DNA from: Eledone cirrhosa
Lineage: Eukaryota
Direction of reading: 5' to 3'
Length of the DNA stretch: 64,000 nucleotides
Assembly: GCA_964016885.1 (NCBI GenBank)
Contig: OZ024743.1
Location: 100,626,001-100,690,000 of the forward strand
Under the pieces are notes generated by a model. It was not told the origin of the DNA. It did no database searches and saw only the letters and a list, made by a program, of their open reading frames with translations. Made by a program: the position numbers and the translations under genes. This document shows, piece after piece, positions 38,565 to 50,900 of this stretch (the stretch's first letter is position 1; the number at the start of each line of letters is the position of its first letter).

Positions 38565-38754
38565 TAACAAAGAAAGTGGGGTAAGATACCAGGTGGACCA
38601 TAATACACCAGAGTACTCGATACTAAGGGCAGTAGAGTGGGTAATATGAAAAGAGTCAGGACCCTGACGGCTGAGCTCCGGCCGTTTCGACAACTTAGAT
38701 CTAGCTGTTGAAACAGCCGGAGCTCAGCCGTCGGGGTCCTGACTCTTTTCATAT
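38565..38754 (-). mobile_element. Penelope-type pLTR remnant with 110-bp fold-back palindrome
   Basis: Arms 38644-38695 / 38703-38754. Each strand carries GAAAC(G/A)GC..GCCGTC, the 3' half of a hammerhead; (TA)n on both flanks. Confidence 0.7.
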
Positions 38755-40129
38755 ATATATATATATATATTCCACATGCATGTATTATTTATGGTTTATC
38801 CAAATGTATAAAACAACTTAGAAGTAAAATAATTTATACCAGAATTAGAACAGGAGCAAATTTTATTGAGAAATTTCAATTTTCCTGATTACCTTATCAA
38901 ATTAACCCCCCCCCACACACACACATTTTAAATAGAAATATTTTTCTAGCTAATTGACACTATTTGTAAAGAAGGTAAATCCCCTGTTATCTAATTTTAT
39001 TATAAAGAAAGAAATACACTCTCCCCACCCCACCACAGGAGGCAAATTATTTCCTTTTCACCACGAAACCAATTAATTACTTTATTTCATTTCTTTTATT
39101 TTTCATACTTTTTATTATTTTATTATAAATATTTTCTTTGTCTTGTTTCCTGTTGAAATCTATTTTTATGACTTTTTAATTGTGGTTTTAGTTTACTTTC
39201 GAAACCTGAAGAAAAGATTGTTAATTTTCTTTTTTCAAATGGCTCATTATTATTTTCAGAGAGTCATTTTAAAACTGCAAAATTTTGTAAAAATAAAATA
39301 TTATTAAAAAAATTAAAACAGATGATGTCTTATTTTATACAAATTAAATCAGGGTTTTCTGACTTTTGAAGTTAAAAAGAAAATGAATTCACCAAATTAC
39401 TTGTGTTTTAAGGCAGCTAATTAACAAAGATAGAATACTTTGCAGTGTTTGTTACAGCTCTTTGCTGTCTGAGGTCAACTTTATGTTTCATCCTGGAGAG
39501 AGTTGGGCTGCACTAAATTTGTCCAAGACACTACATAAGGCTGCTGCTCCTATGACTTCATCAAAATGTCAGAATCCATGGAACTTATTTACTGCATTCT
39601 TTTATGCCTGCTTTTCTAGGCATGGTTAATAAGTTTGCTTTGCAATTAATATTGTTCCATGTCCGATTCCAGCGTGTAGTAGTTTCTTGGACAAGTGTCC
39701 TGTTCAACCGAAGCCTTGTGGTTCAATTGGGTAGATGGAAACCAGATGGAGTGTATGTTTCTGGGTGGTAGACTTAATCTATTGCTGGTTTAATTGAACC
39801 TAAAGTACTTTTGTTGGAATCCACTCTGTTGCAGGAATTTAATAATAAAGTGGACACATGTACGAAAGTTTCTATAAATCTTATAACGTATTCCAGCATT
39901 ACTAAATATAAAGCCAACGAAAGATTTTCCATGACCTGCTAGAAATAGCAACCAAATTTCCTTCAAACCACGACTTATTAACTTTAAAAAAAATAATGGA
40001 TAATGTGGTTCTAGGTACTTCCATGCAGGAAAAGTACGGGATGGTTACGGCTGGAGTGCTTTTGATTAGGTCTGCTCGATTAATCTTTAGCTTAAACAAG
40101 AACATGTCTGAAAGTCTCACTACAATTTA

Positions 40130-40805
40130 ATTCCCTTGGATGACTTAACTATTCGAGTTATCTCCCTTGTATTTGTGAGGGATAATGGTGTAGAGAAGGT
40201 GAGGGAGAGACGAACGGTATGATTGGTATCCTGGGGGTTGGTAGGGGGACTAAATGGGCGAAGGTGTTGTCCAAGTATTTGGAATAGAGTATAGTGGGTC
40301 TTGGAAGAATGTGTGGAGCTTGAGGCGACGCAAGAACCGTTCAACCTCGGAGCCTGTGGGTGTGGTGAGTAAGGGAGTGCTCCGCTTCAGAGAAGGGTAG
40401 ATGTGGAGGTAGGGTAACAACAGTGTGGGGTGTCTGTGAAGGAGAACGAGTAGTAGAGGACGCCGTGGGGCAATAGTGGTTAGATGTGGCGTGTTCAGGG
40501 TCAGTGGTGAGAACAGATAGGGGGTTGGGGAGGTGTGTGTGGAGAGAGGGTAAGGTCAGTGTTGTAGGTGAGATGGGCAGTGGTGAGGAGAGTGAGACAA
40601 GTTAATGTTTCTTGGTGGACGAGGATGAGGTGGAGGATTGGTAGGATGATGGATTGGACGTAGGGGCTGGCATGTAGAGGGTGAAGGTGTGAGAGAACGA
40701 AGTTCACAACAGTAATTAAACATTTCGTGTAATCAGCAGTTTGATTTTCCAGAAATCGATATATACGTGGTTCGATTTCGGTGATGGAATCTATTCTCCT
40801 TCTAC
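40130..40805 (-). pseudogene. Penelope-like element 5' fragment
   Basis: Minus strand encodes ..FSEAEHSL..SEVERFLRRLKLHTFFQ (PLE N-terminal motif). A hammerhead-like CCGAAATCGA..TCGATTTCTGG precedes it at 40749-40783, abutting (CA)n. Confidence 0.6.
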
Positions 40806-40806
40806 T

Positions 40807-40808
<2 letters not shown>

Positions 40809-40866
<58 letters not shown>
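40809..40866. repeat. (CA)n microsatellite
   Basis: ~29 perfect CA units. Confidence 0.98.
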
Positions 40867-40868
<2 letters not shown>

Positions 40869-41717
40869 TTTCAGAAATGTTAACTGTTTATATTATAATT
40901 TTTCATTTTTATGATATATGAGTGTTTTTGTGACGCCTGAATGATAATAAGAAGAGATAGAGTGAATCATCTGCTTCAAAAGAACTACTACGTGTACCCA
41001 ATACGTTTTTCTCCTTTCTCGTTCAAGCACTGCATATTTTCAGTGGTCATACACGAAACGCTGATATTCTCTGTATATGAACTGATGCAAATTTACGAGT
41101 TTTAATAAAAGTATCCAAGCTTGCTATTACTTCACAATTTATAGAGTTATTTCCCTTGAAAACATTCACAAAAATATGTAGAAGTTTGCGAATTTTTTTA
41201 AGGAGCTTTCGAAACGTTTAGGGATACAGGGACCCTGACAACGAAGTTCTTGTCATCGTTTGTAGCTCACCTTTGTTGAGCTTTCTACAATGGGGTCTCT
41301 TCTTGTCACCAACCAGCAGGGTGTACTGGATGCATTTTTCATGGCATTAACACTAGAGAGGTTATTGGTCATTTGCTTAACTGAAAATCCCCCTCTACCC
41401 TGCGATGGGATGAACGACAGGACGAACTAGGGGTAAGAGAGATGATGAGTGTATGAATAGTGTAGTGGGGTGGGGGGATTTAACGGAGTAATGAGTAGGA
41501 AGGATGACCACCGATAGCGTGGAAGGTAACTATGAAAACAGCTAACAAGGGGTTATGACTGGTGTGTCGGGATTTTAGAAGTAGGTGATCCTGGATAGAG
41601 TAGGCGTGGGGTTGTTCTACAGTGATGGTAAGAATGACTACTAAGTACATTTTCACAGGCACGCGCGCCCGCGCAAAGTCAGAAATGACCTCGTCTACGG
41701 TTATCTACCCTTTGCTT

Positions 41718-41740
41718 CTGCGCTAGATGGCGCTACGTCA
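41718..41740 (+). promoter_or_regulatory. CTCF-like motif in a small CpG-rich patch
   Basis: CTGCGCTAGATGGCGCTAC resembles the CTCF core CC(A/G)C(C/T)AG(A/G)(T/G)GGCGC; GCGCGCCCGCGC lies at ~41663. Confidence 0.35.
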
Positions 41741-41858
41741 TCAGTTCCAAATTCATAGTTGAAGGCTTTCAAAATGTTTATTTATAAACTTACCGTATAT
41801 CGCTAGATATACAAAATGCCCATACTTATTTATATATATTACAATTATGTAACCTAAC

Positions 41859-42140
41859 TGTGGGTATGGTGTGGTGTGCGGTGGCCGGAGGCTGGGGAGT
41901 GCTCGACCGGAAGAGTGCTTGGCCGGAAGGGTGCTCGACCGGAAGGGTGTTCAGCGAACGTGGTGGACGTCAGTTTTGGAGCTCCCGGTTAACGAGTTAG
42001 ATTGTATGCACGTGGGAGAGGAGAAACCAGCCATTGGATTAGCGGTACCAGCCAAAGAACTTTCTCGAAAACAAAGCTACTGGAAAAACATAGAGGAGTC
42101 TGTTGTTTTTTTATTACTTACCGCAGGACAAAATTAGGAT
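41859..42140 (+). repeat. 5' LTR of copy 1 (right boundary approximate)
   Basis: Colinear with the reverse complement of 59539-59809 up to ~42046. Followed by TGGCGACAAGAT, a possible degenerate tRNA-Ser primer-binding site. Confidence 0.7.
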
Positions 42141-42890
42141 ATGGCGACAAGATTACGAATGAGCGGAGAAGCGATTAGAGCATTTACCGGTGAAGGCGAT
42201 GTTGTCGCTTGGCTGCGAAAAGTCCGGCTGGTCGCAAGCTTACAGAAGATAGAAGATGTGGCTGGCCTCATGGCACTGTACCTTGAGGGGGATGCGTTGG
42301 CACTCTTCCTAGAGATGGATGAACACAGCCAAAGGGATGCGCAAAAGATTGAGAGGCGTATGATGGAAGCGTTCGCGGAAGGACCGTTAGCCGCTTTTGC
42401 AAAGCTGGCAAGGATTAGATGGAACGGTGAACGCGTTGACATTTTCGCAGCGGAAATACGGCGACTGGCCATGTTGGCTAGATATCAGGTGCGGTTGGCG
42501 TTCATAAATGGATTTCCAGACGACATAGCGGTGAAACTACAGCAAGTCCCGGGTTACAAGGATATGAAGATGCGTGCACTGGTGGAGCAAGCCCGCATCA
42601 TAGCAGAAGATGCCAAGAAGAGTGTCGCGGCGATAACAATGACAGAGGCCCAAGGCAGCCGGCAGCGAAATGGTGAAAGGGAGGCAACCACGGCACGGGG
42701 TCGCCCGCGAACGTTTAGAGGTCGCTGTTTTAGGTGCCAGGGCCCGCACATGGCGAGAGACTGTAGAGAGTCAAGGCCGGACAAAATATGCTACCGGTGT
42801 AAGTGACCAAGCCACATCGCTACTAGCTGCGACCAGGGAAACGATCCAAGGGGAACTACTGCGCCGGTAGCTGCCCCTTACGAGTAGAGG
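42141..42890 (+). pseudogene. gag with two CCHC zinc knuckles (premature stop in the second)
   Basis: CFRCQGPHMARDC and CYRCK*PSHIATSC. Confidence 0.85.
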
Positions 42891-44936
42891 CGCTGCCCGT
42901 GGTGAAAGTTTTCGTGAGGGGAAAGCCACAGCGAGCCCTCGTGGACACGGGCTGTACGACGACACTGGTGACCGCTGGGGTGGCGCAGAGGTGAAGAGGG
43001 AAGAGTAGCGTAAGGGCAGTCGACGGTAGGAAAATTGAATGTCGAGGTCGCAGCGAGGTGGAGATGGCGGTACGGGGAAAGAAAATAAGGCTTTCTGCCA
43101 TCGTAGTCGACAACGTGGTGGATGGGATCGGCGTAGTTATGGGCATGGATGCAATTGGCCGTCTAGGCGGCGTCACAGTGAACAACGTCGATGTGTCGTT
43201 TGGCAGGGCCGCATCGGTATGCGCTGTGAGTACGCGACAGGAGAACCAGAAGGCCCGCGAGGAGAAATATCCCGCTTACACTGTACAGGACAAAGACTTC
43301 AAGGCCGTGTTCGATGGGCAACGATGGGTTGTTGAGTGGTACTGGAAGGGAGAACCACCAACACTGAAGACCAAAGTGGGCTGCTATCAACACACATTGA
43401 AGGGAGACATTAGGAGCGAGAGGTAGAGAGATGGATTGAGGAGGGCATACTGCTTCCCTGGAAAGAGGGGGTGAAGTGCGGAGTATTGCCGTTAATGGCG
43501 GTGGCGCAACCCACGAAGAACAAGGTGAGGCCGGAACTGGACTTTCGGGAGCTGAACGAGCACGTGTCATGCCACACGGGTGGCGAGGTCACGGATGTCT
43601 GTGGGGAAACCCTGCGTGAGTGGAGACGCATACCGGGGGCTTCCGCAATCGTCGATCTAAAGTCGGCATACTTACAATTACACATAGATGAGAAGCACTG
43701 GCAGTATCAGCTGGTCAGGTATAAGGGCCGGACATATTGCCTGACCAGGCTCGGTTTCGGGCTGAGCTCTGCACCGAAGATCATGGCGGCGGTCCTCAAG
43801 ACCATTCTGGGAAAGGCCGACAAGATGAAGAGGGCCACTAATTCCTACATTGACGACATCCTAGTGGATGAGTCTGTAGTGTCGGTGGCGGAGATCACAA
43901 GCGATTTACAGGGGTAAGGAATGGCTGCGAAGCCGTCAGAAGCGTTGGAAAGAGGAGCCGCGCTGGGACTTAGGCTACAGCGAGACAGGACGGGCGTGTT
44001 AGTATTCCAGAGGGGAAATGAAGTTCCAGAACTGAGCCCAAGTATGAGTAGGCGGGAGCTTTTCTCGGCGTGTGGAAAGTTGGTGGGTCACTACCCGATT
44101 GCTGGGTGGCTCTGGACGGCATGCAACTATGTCAAGAGACGAGTAGGAGAGAGGACGGTGGCCATGATGCAGGAGATTGTGGAGAGGGTGAAGGCCGACG
44201 ACCCAGTGCGGGGACGCTGGTATGTTCCCAAATCGCAGAGCGGGACCGTATGGTGCGATGCCAGCAGCATAGCGCTAGGTGTCACGTTGGAGATAGGAGG
44301 TGTTGAGGTCGAGGATGCAGCCTGGCTTAGGAAGAAGGACGATTGCAACCACATCAATGTGGCCGAACTGGACGCGGTGTTGAGAGGGGTGAACCTCGCC
44401 CTGAGGTGGGGACTGCGCACCATCGAGATCCGCACCGATTCGGCTACTGTACTCGGATGAACGAGATCAGTACTCACCAGTGAGAAGAGAGTGCGAACGA
44501 GAGGGGCGGTGGAGATGCTGATAAAGCGCCGCCTGGGAACTTTAGGAGAGCTGGCCACCGAGTTCGACCTGAGGCTGAGCGTAGTTTTCGTGCCTTCAGA
44601 GAAAAGTAGGGCGGACGTTTTAACCAGGATGAAGAAAGCCTGGATGGAAGCGCCGGAGGATGTAGAAGAGGAGATAGCTGCCGTGTATCGGCTGACCGAG
44701 TCGGATCTGAAAGGGTTGCATGACATGCACCACATGGGAGTGGATAGGACTCTGTTCCTAGTCAGGGGAATCGACTCGGGCGTTAATAGACAGTGTTCAA
44801 AGAGTGGTTAGAGGCTGCGTCCGATGTCAGTACATTGATCCCGCCCGGGTGTGTATGAAACGGGAAGCCTCCCGGTGTATCGCGACTGGAAGCGATTGGC
44901 GGTGGATGTAACACACTACCGACAAGGAACATACCT
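42836..44936 (+). pseudogene. pol (protease, RT, RNase H, integrase N-terminus), disrupted
   Basis: ALVDTGCTTT; VRPELDFRELN, VDLKSAYLQ, LGFGLSSAP, SYIDDIL; WCDAS, HINVAELDAV, TDS; HDMHHMG..CxxC. Several stops and frameshifts. Confidence 0.88.
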
Positions 44937-47900
44937 TAGGTTTAGTACTGTGTGGTATTGGTGTTAGGTATAGTACTGTGTTGTATTGGTGTTAGGTATA
45001 GTACTGTGTGGTATTGGTGTTAGGTATAGTACTGTGTGGTATTGGTGTTAGGTATAGTACTGTGTGGTATTGGTGTTAGGTATAGTACTGTGTGGTATTG
45101 GTGTTAGGTTTAGTACTGTGTGGTATTGGTGTTAGGTATAGTACTGTGTGATATTGGTGTTAGGTATAGTACTGTGTGGTATTGGTGTTAGGTATAGTAC
45201 TGTGTGGTATTGGTGTTAGGTATAGTACTGTGTGGTATTGGTGTTAGGTTTAGTACTGTGTGGTATTGGTGTTAGATATAGTACTGTGTTGTATTGGTGC
45301 TAGGTATAGTACTGTGTGGTATTGGTGTTAGGTTTAGTACTGTGTGGTATTGGTGTTAAGTATAGTACTGTGTGGTATTGGTGTTAGGTATAGTACTGTG
45401 TGGTATTGGTGTTAGGTATAGTACTGTGTGGTATTGGTGTGGAGTTTAGTACTGTATGGTATTGGTGTTAGGTATAGTACTGTGTGGTATTGGTGTTAGG
45501 TATAGTACTGTGTGGTATTGGTGTTAGGTTTAGTACTGTGTGGTATTGGTGTTAGGTATAGTACTGTGTGGTATTGGTGTTAGGTATAGTACTGTGTGGT
45601 ATTGGTGTTAGGTTTAGTACTGTGTGGTATTGGTGTTAGGTATAGTACTGTGTGGTATTGGTGTTAGGTTTAGTACTGTGTGGTATTGGTGTTAAGTATA
45701 GTACTGTGTGGTATTGGTGTTAGGTATAGTACTGTGTGGTATTGGTGTTAGGTATAGTACTGTGTGGTATTGGTGTGGAGTTTAGTACTGTATGGTATTG
45801 GTGTTAGGTATAGTACTGTGTGGTATTGGTGTTAGGTATAGTACTGTGTGGTATTGGTGTTAGGTTTAGTACTGTGTGGTATTGGTGTTAGGTATAGTAC
45901 TGTGTGGTATTGGTGTTAGGTATAGTACTGTGTGGTATTGGTGTGGAGTTTAGTACTGTATGGTATTGGTGTTAGGTATAGTACTGTGTGGTATTGGTGT
46001 TAGGTATAGTACTGTGTGGTATTGGTGTTAGGTTTAGTACTGTGTGGTATTGGTGTTAGGTATAGTACTGTGTGGTATTGGTGTTAGGTATAGTACTGTG
46101 TGGTATTGGTGTTAGGTATAGTACTGTGTGGTATTGGTGTGGAGTTTAGTACTGTATGGTATTGGTGTTAGGTATAGTACTGTGTGGTATTGGTGTTAGG
46201 TATAGTACTGTGTGGTATTGGTGTTAGGTATAGTACTGTGTGGTATTGGTGTTAGGTATAGTACTGTGTGGTATTGGTGTTAGGTATAGTACTGTGTGGT
46301 ATTGGTGTGGAGTTTAGTACTGTATGGTATTGGTGTTAGGTATAGTACTGTGTGGTATTGGTGTTAGGTATAGTACTGTGTGGTATTGGTGTTAGGTTTA
46401 GTACTGTGTGGTATTGGTGTTAGGTATAGTACTGTGTGGTATTGGTGTGGAGTTTAGTACTGTGTGGTATTGGTGTTAGGTATAGTACTGTGTGGTATTG
46501 GTGTTAGGTATAGTACTGTGTGGTATTGGTGTGGAGTTTAGTACTGTATGGTATTGGTGTTAGGTATAGTACTGTGTGGTATTGGTGTGGAGTTTAGTAC
46601 TGTGTGGTATTGGTGTTAGGTATAGTACTGTGTGGTATTGGTGTTAGGTATAGTACTGTGTGGTATTGGTGTTAGGTATAGTACTGTGTGGTATTGGTGT
46701 GGAGTTTAGTACTGTATGGTATTGGTGTTAGGTATAGTACTGTGTGGTATTGGTGTTAGGTATAGTACTGTGTGGTATTGGTGTTAGGTTTAGTACTGTG
46801 TGGTATTGGTGTTAGGTATAGTACTGTGTGGTATTGGTGTGGAGTTTAGTACTGTGTGGTATTGGTGTTAGGTATAGTACTGTGTGATATTGGTGTTAGG
46901 TATAGTACTGTGTGGTATTGGTGTTAGGTATAGTACTGTGTGGTATTGGTGTTAGGTATAGTACTGTGTGATATTGGTGTTAGGTATAGTACTGTGTGGT
47001 ATTGGTGTTAGGTATAGTACTGTGTGGTATTGGTGTTAGGTATAGTACTGTGTGGTATTGGTGTTAGGTATAGTACTGTGTAGTATTGGTGTTAGGTATA
47101 GTACTGTGTGGTATTGGTGTGGAGTTTAGTACTGTGTGGTATTGGTGTTAGGTATAGTACTGTGTGGTATTGGTGTTAGGTATAGTACTGTGTGGTATTG
47201 GTGTTAGGTTTAGTACTGTGTCGTATTGGTGTTAGGTATAGTACTGTGTGGTATTGGTGTTAGGTATAGTACTGTGTGGTATTGGTGTTAGGTATAGTAC
47301 TGTGTGGTATTGGTGTTAGGTATAGTACTGTGTGGTATTGGTGTTAGGTTTAGTACTGTGTGGTATTGGTGTTAGGTATAGTACTGTGTGGTATTGGTGT
47401 GGAGTTTAGTACTGTGTGGTATTGGTGTTAGGTATAGTACTGTGTGATATTGGTGTTAGGTATAGTACTGTGTGGTATTGGTGTTAGGTATAGTACTGTG
47501 TGGTATTGGTGTTAGGTATAGTACTGTGTCGTATTGGTGTTAGGTATAGTACTGTGTGGTATTGGTGTTAGGTATAGTACTGTGTGGTATTGGTGTTAGG
47601 TATAGTACTGTGTGGTATTGGTGTTAGGTATAGTACTGTGTGGTATTGGTGTTAGGTTTAGTACTGTGTGGTATTGGTGTTAGGTTTAGTACTGTGTGGT
47701 ATTGGTGTTAGGTTTAGTACTGTGTGGTATTGGTGTTAGGTTTAGTACTGTGTGGTATTGGTGTTAGGTATAGTACTGTGTGGTATTGGTGTGGAGTTTA
47801 GTACTGTATGGTATTGGTGTTAGGTATAGTACTGTGTGGTATTGGTGTTAGGTATAGTACTGTGTGGTATTGGTGTTAGGTTTAGTACTGTGTGGTATTG

Positions 47901-50900
47901 GTGTTAGGTATAGTACTGTGTGGTATTGGTGTTAGGTATAGTACTGTGTGGTATTGGTGTTAGGTATAGTACTGTGTGGTATTGGTGTTAGGTATAGTAC
48001 TGTGTGGTATTGGTGTTAGGTATAGTACTGTGTGGTATTGGTGTTAGGTATAGTACTGTGTGGTATTGGTGTGGAGTTTAGTACTGTATGGTATTGGTGT
48101 TAGGTATAGTACTGTGTGGTATTGGTGTTAGGTATAGTACTGTGTGGTATTGGTGTTAGGTTTAGTACTCTGTGGTATTGGTGTTAGGTATAGTACTGTG
48201 TGATATTGGTGTTAGGTATAGTACTGTGTGGTATTGGTGTGGAGTTTAGTACTGTATGGTATTGGTGTTAGGTATAGTACTGTGTGGTATTGGTGTTAGG
48301 TATAGTACTGTGTGGTATTGGTGTGGAGTTTAGTACTGTATGGTATTGGTGTTAGGTATAGTACTGTGTGGTATTGGTGTTAGGTATAGTACTGTGTGGT
48401 ATTGGTGTTAGGTATAGTACTGTGTGGTATTGGTGTTAGGTTTAGTACTGTGTGGTATTGGTGTTAGGTATAGTACTGTGTGATATTGGTGTTAGGTATA
48501 GTACTGTGTGGTATTGGTGTTAGGTATAGTACTGTGTGGTATTGGTGTTAGGTATAGTACTGTGTGGTATTGGTGTTAGGTTTAGTACTGTGTGGTATTG
48601 GTGTTAGGTTTAGTACTGTGTGGTATTGGTGTTAGGTATAGTACTGTGTGGTATTGGTGTTAGGTATAGTACTGTGTGGTATTGGTGTTAGGTTTAGTAC
48701 TGTGTGGTATTGGTGTTAGGTATAGTACTGTGTGGTATTGGTGTTAGGTTTAGTACTGTGTGGTATTGGTGTTAGGTATAGTACTGTGTGGTATTGGTGT
48801 TAGGTATAGTACTGTGTGGTATTGGTGTTAGGTATAGTACTGTGTGGTATTGGTGTTAGGTTTAGTACTGTGTGGTATTGGTGTTAGGTATAGTACTGTG
48901 TGGTATTGGTGTTAGGTATAGTACTGTGTGGTATTGGTGTTAGGTATAGTACTGTGTGGTATTGGTGTTAGGTATAGTACTGTGTGGTATTGGTGTTAGG
49001 TATAGTACTGTGTGATATTGGTGTTAGGTTTAGTACTGTGTGGTATTGGTGTTAGGTATAGTACTGTGTGGTATTGGTGTGGAGTTTAGTACTGTATGGT
49101 ATTGGTGTTAGGTATAGTACTGTGTGGTATTGGTGTTAGGTATAGTACTGTGTGGTATTGGTGTGGAGTTTAGTACTGTGTGGTATTGGTGTTAGGTATA
49201 GTACTGTGTGGTATTGGTGTTAGGTATAGTACTGTATGGTATTGGTGTTAGGTATAGTACTGTGTGGTATTGGTGTTAGGTATAGTACTGTGTGGTATTG
49301 GTGTTAGGTTTAGTACTGTGTGGTATTGGTGTTAGGTATAGTACTGTGTGGTATTGGTGTTAGGTATAGTACTGTGTGATATTGGTGTTAGGTTTAGTAC
49401 TGTGTGGTATTGGTGTTAGGTATAGTACTGTGTGGTTGGTGTTAGGTATAGTACTGTGTGGTATTGGTGTTAGTTATAGTACTGTGTGGTATTGGTGTTA
49501 GGTATAGTACTGTGTGGTATTGGTGTTAGGTTTAGTACTGTGTGGTATTGGTGTTAGGTATAGTACTGTGTGGTATTGGTGTGGAGTTTAGTACTGTGTG
49601 GTATTGGTGTTAGGTATAGTACTGTGTGGTATTGGTGTTAGGTATAGTACTGTGTGGTATTGGTGTGGAGTTTAGTACTGTATGGTATTGGTGTTAGGTA
49701 TAGTACTGTGTGGTATTGGTGTGGAGTTTAGTACTGTGTGGTATTGGTGTTAGGTATAGTACTGTGTGGTATTGGTGTTAGGTATAGTACTGTGTGGTAT
49801 TGGTGTTAGGTATAGTACTGTGTGGTATTGGTGTTAGGTATAGTACTGTGTGGTATTGGTGTGGAGTTTAGTACTGTATGGTATTGGTGTTAGGTATAGT
49901 ACTGTGTGGTATTGGTGTTAGGTATAGTACTGTGTGGTATTGGTGTTAGGTTTAGTACTGTGTGGTATTGGTGTTAGGTATAGTACTGTGTGGTATTGGT
50001 GTTAGGTATAGTACTGTGTGGTATTGGTGTGGAGTTTAGTACTGTATGGTATTGGTGTTAGGTATAGTACTGTGTGGTATTGGTGTTAGGTATAGTACTG
50101 TGTGGTATTGGTGTTAGGTTTAGTACTGTGTGGTATTGGTGTTAGGTATAGTACTGTGTGGTATTGGTGTGGAGTTTAGTACTGTGTGGTATTGGTGTTA
50201 GGTATAGTACTGTGTGATATTGGTGTTAGGTATAGTACTGTGTGGTATTGGTGTTAGGTATAGTACTGTGTGGTATTGGTGTTAGGTATAGTACTGTGTC
50301 GTATTGGTGTTAGGTATAGTACTGTGTGGTATTGGTGTTAGGTATAGTACTGTGTGGTATTGGTGTTAGGTATAGTACTGTGTGGTATTGGTGTTAGGTA
50401 TAGTACTGTGTGGTATTGGTGTTAGGTTTAGTACTGTGTGGTATTGGTGTTAGGTTTAGTACTGTGTGGTATTGGTGTTAGGTTTAGTACTGTGTGGTAT
50501 TGGTGTTAGGTTTAGTACTGTGTGGTATTGGTGTTAGGTATAGTACTGTGTGGTATTGGTGTGGAGTTTAGTACTGTATGGTATTGGTGTTAGGTATAGT
50601 ACTGTGTGGTATTGGTGTTAGGTATAGTACTGTGTGGTATTGGTGTTAGGTTTAGTACTGTGTGGTATTGGTGTTAGGTATAGTACTGTGTGGTATTGGT
50701 GTTAGGTATAGTACTGTGTGGTATTGGTGTTAGGTATAGTACTGTGTGGTATTGGTGTTAGGTATAGTACTGTGTGGTATTGGTGTTAGGTATAGTACTG
50801 TGTGGTATTGGTGTTAGGTATAGTACTGTGTGGTATTGGTGTGGAGTTTAGTACTGTATGGTATTGGTGTTAGGTATAGTACTGTGTGGTATTGGTGTTA

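Larger units (their letters stand above)
41859..44936 (+). mobile_element. LTR retrotransposon (Ty3/gypsy order gag-PR-RT-RH-IN), 3'-truncated copy 1
   Basis: 5' LTR from TGTGG at 41859, then gag, protease ALVDTGC, RT YIDD, RNase H and integrase HHCC; cut off at DVTHYRQGTYL by the 28-bp satellite. Confidence 0.9.

Noticed and set aside
41265-41795. Minus-strand splice donors (CTCAC at ~41266, CTTAC at ~41789) suggesting another gene
   Set aside because: No matching acceptors or recognisable coding sequence; such motifs are expected by chance.
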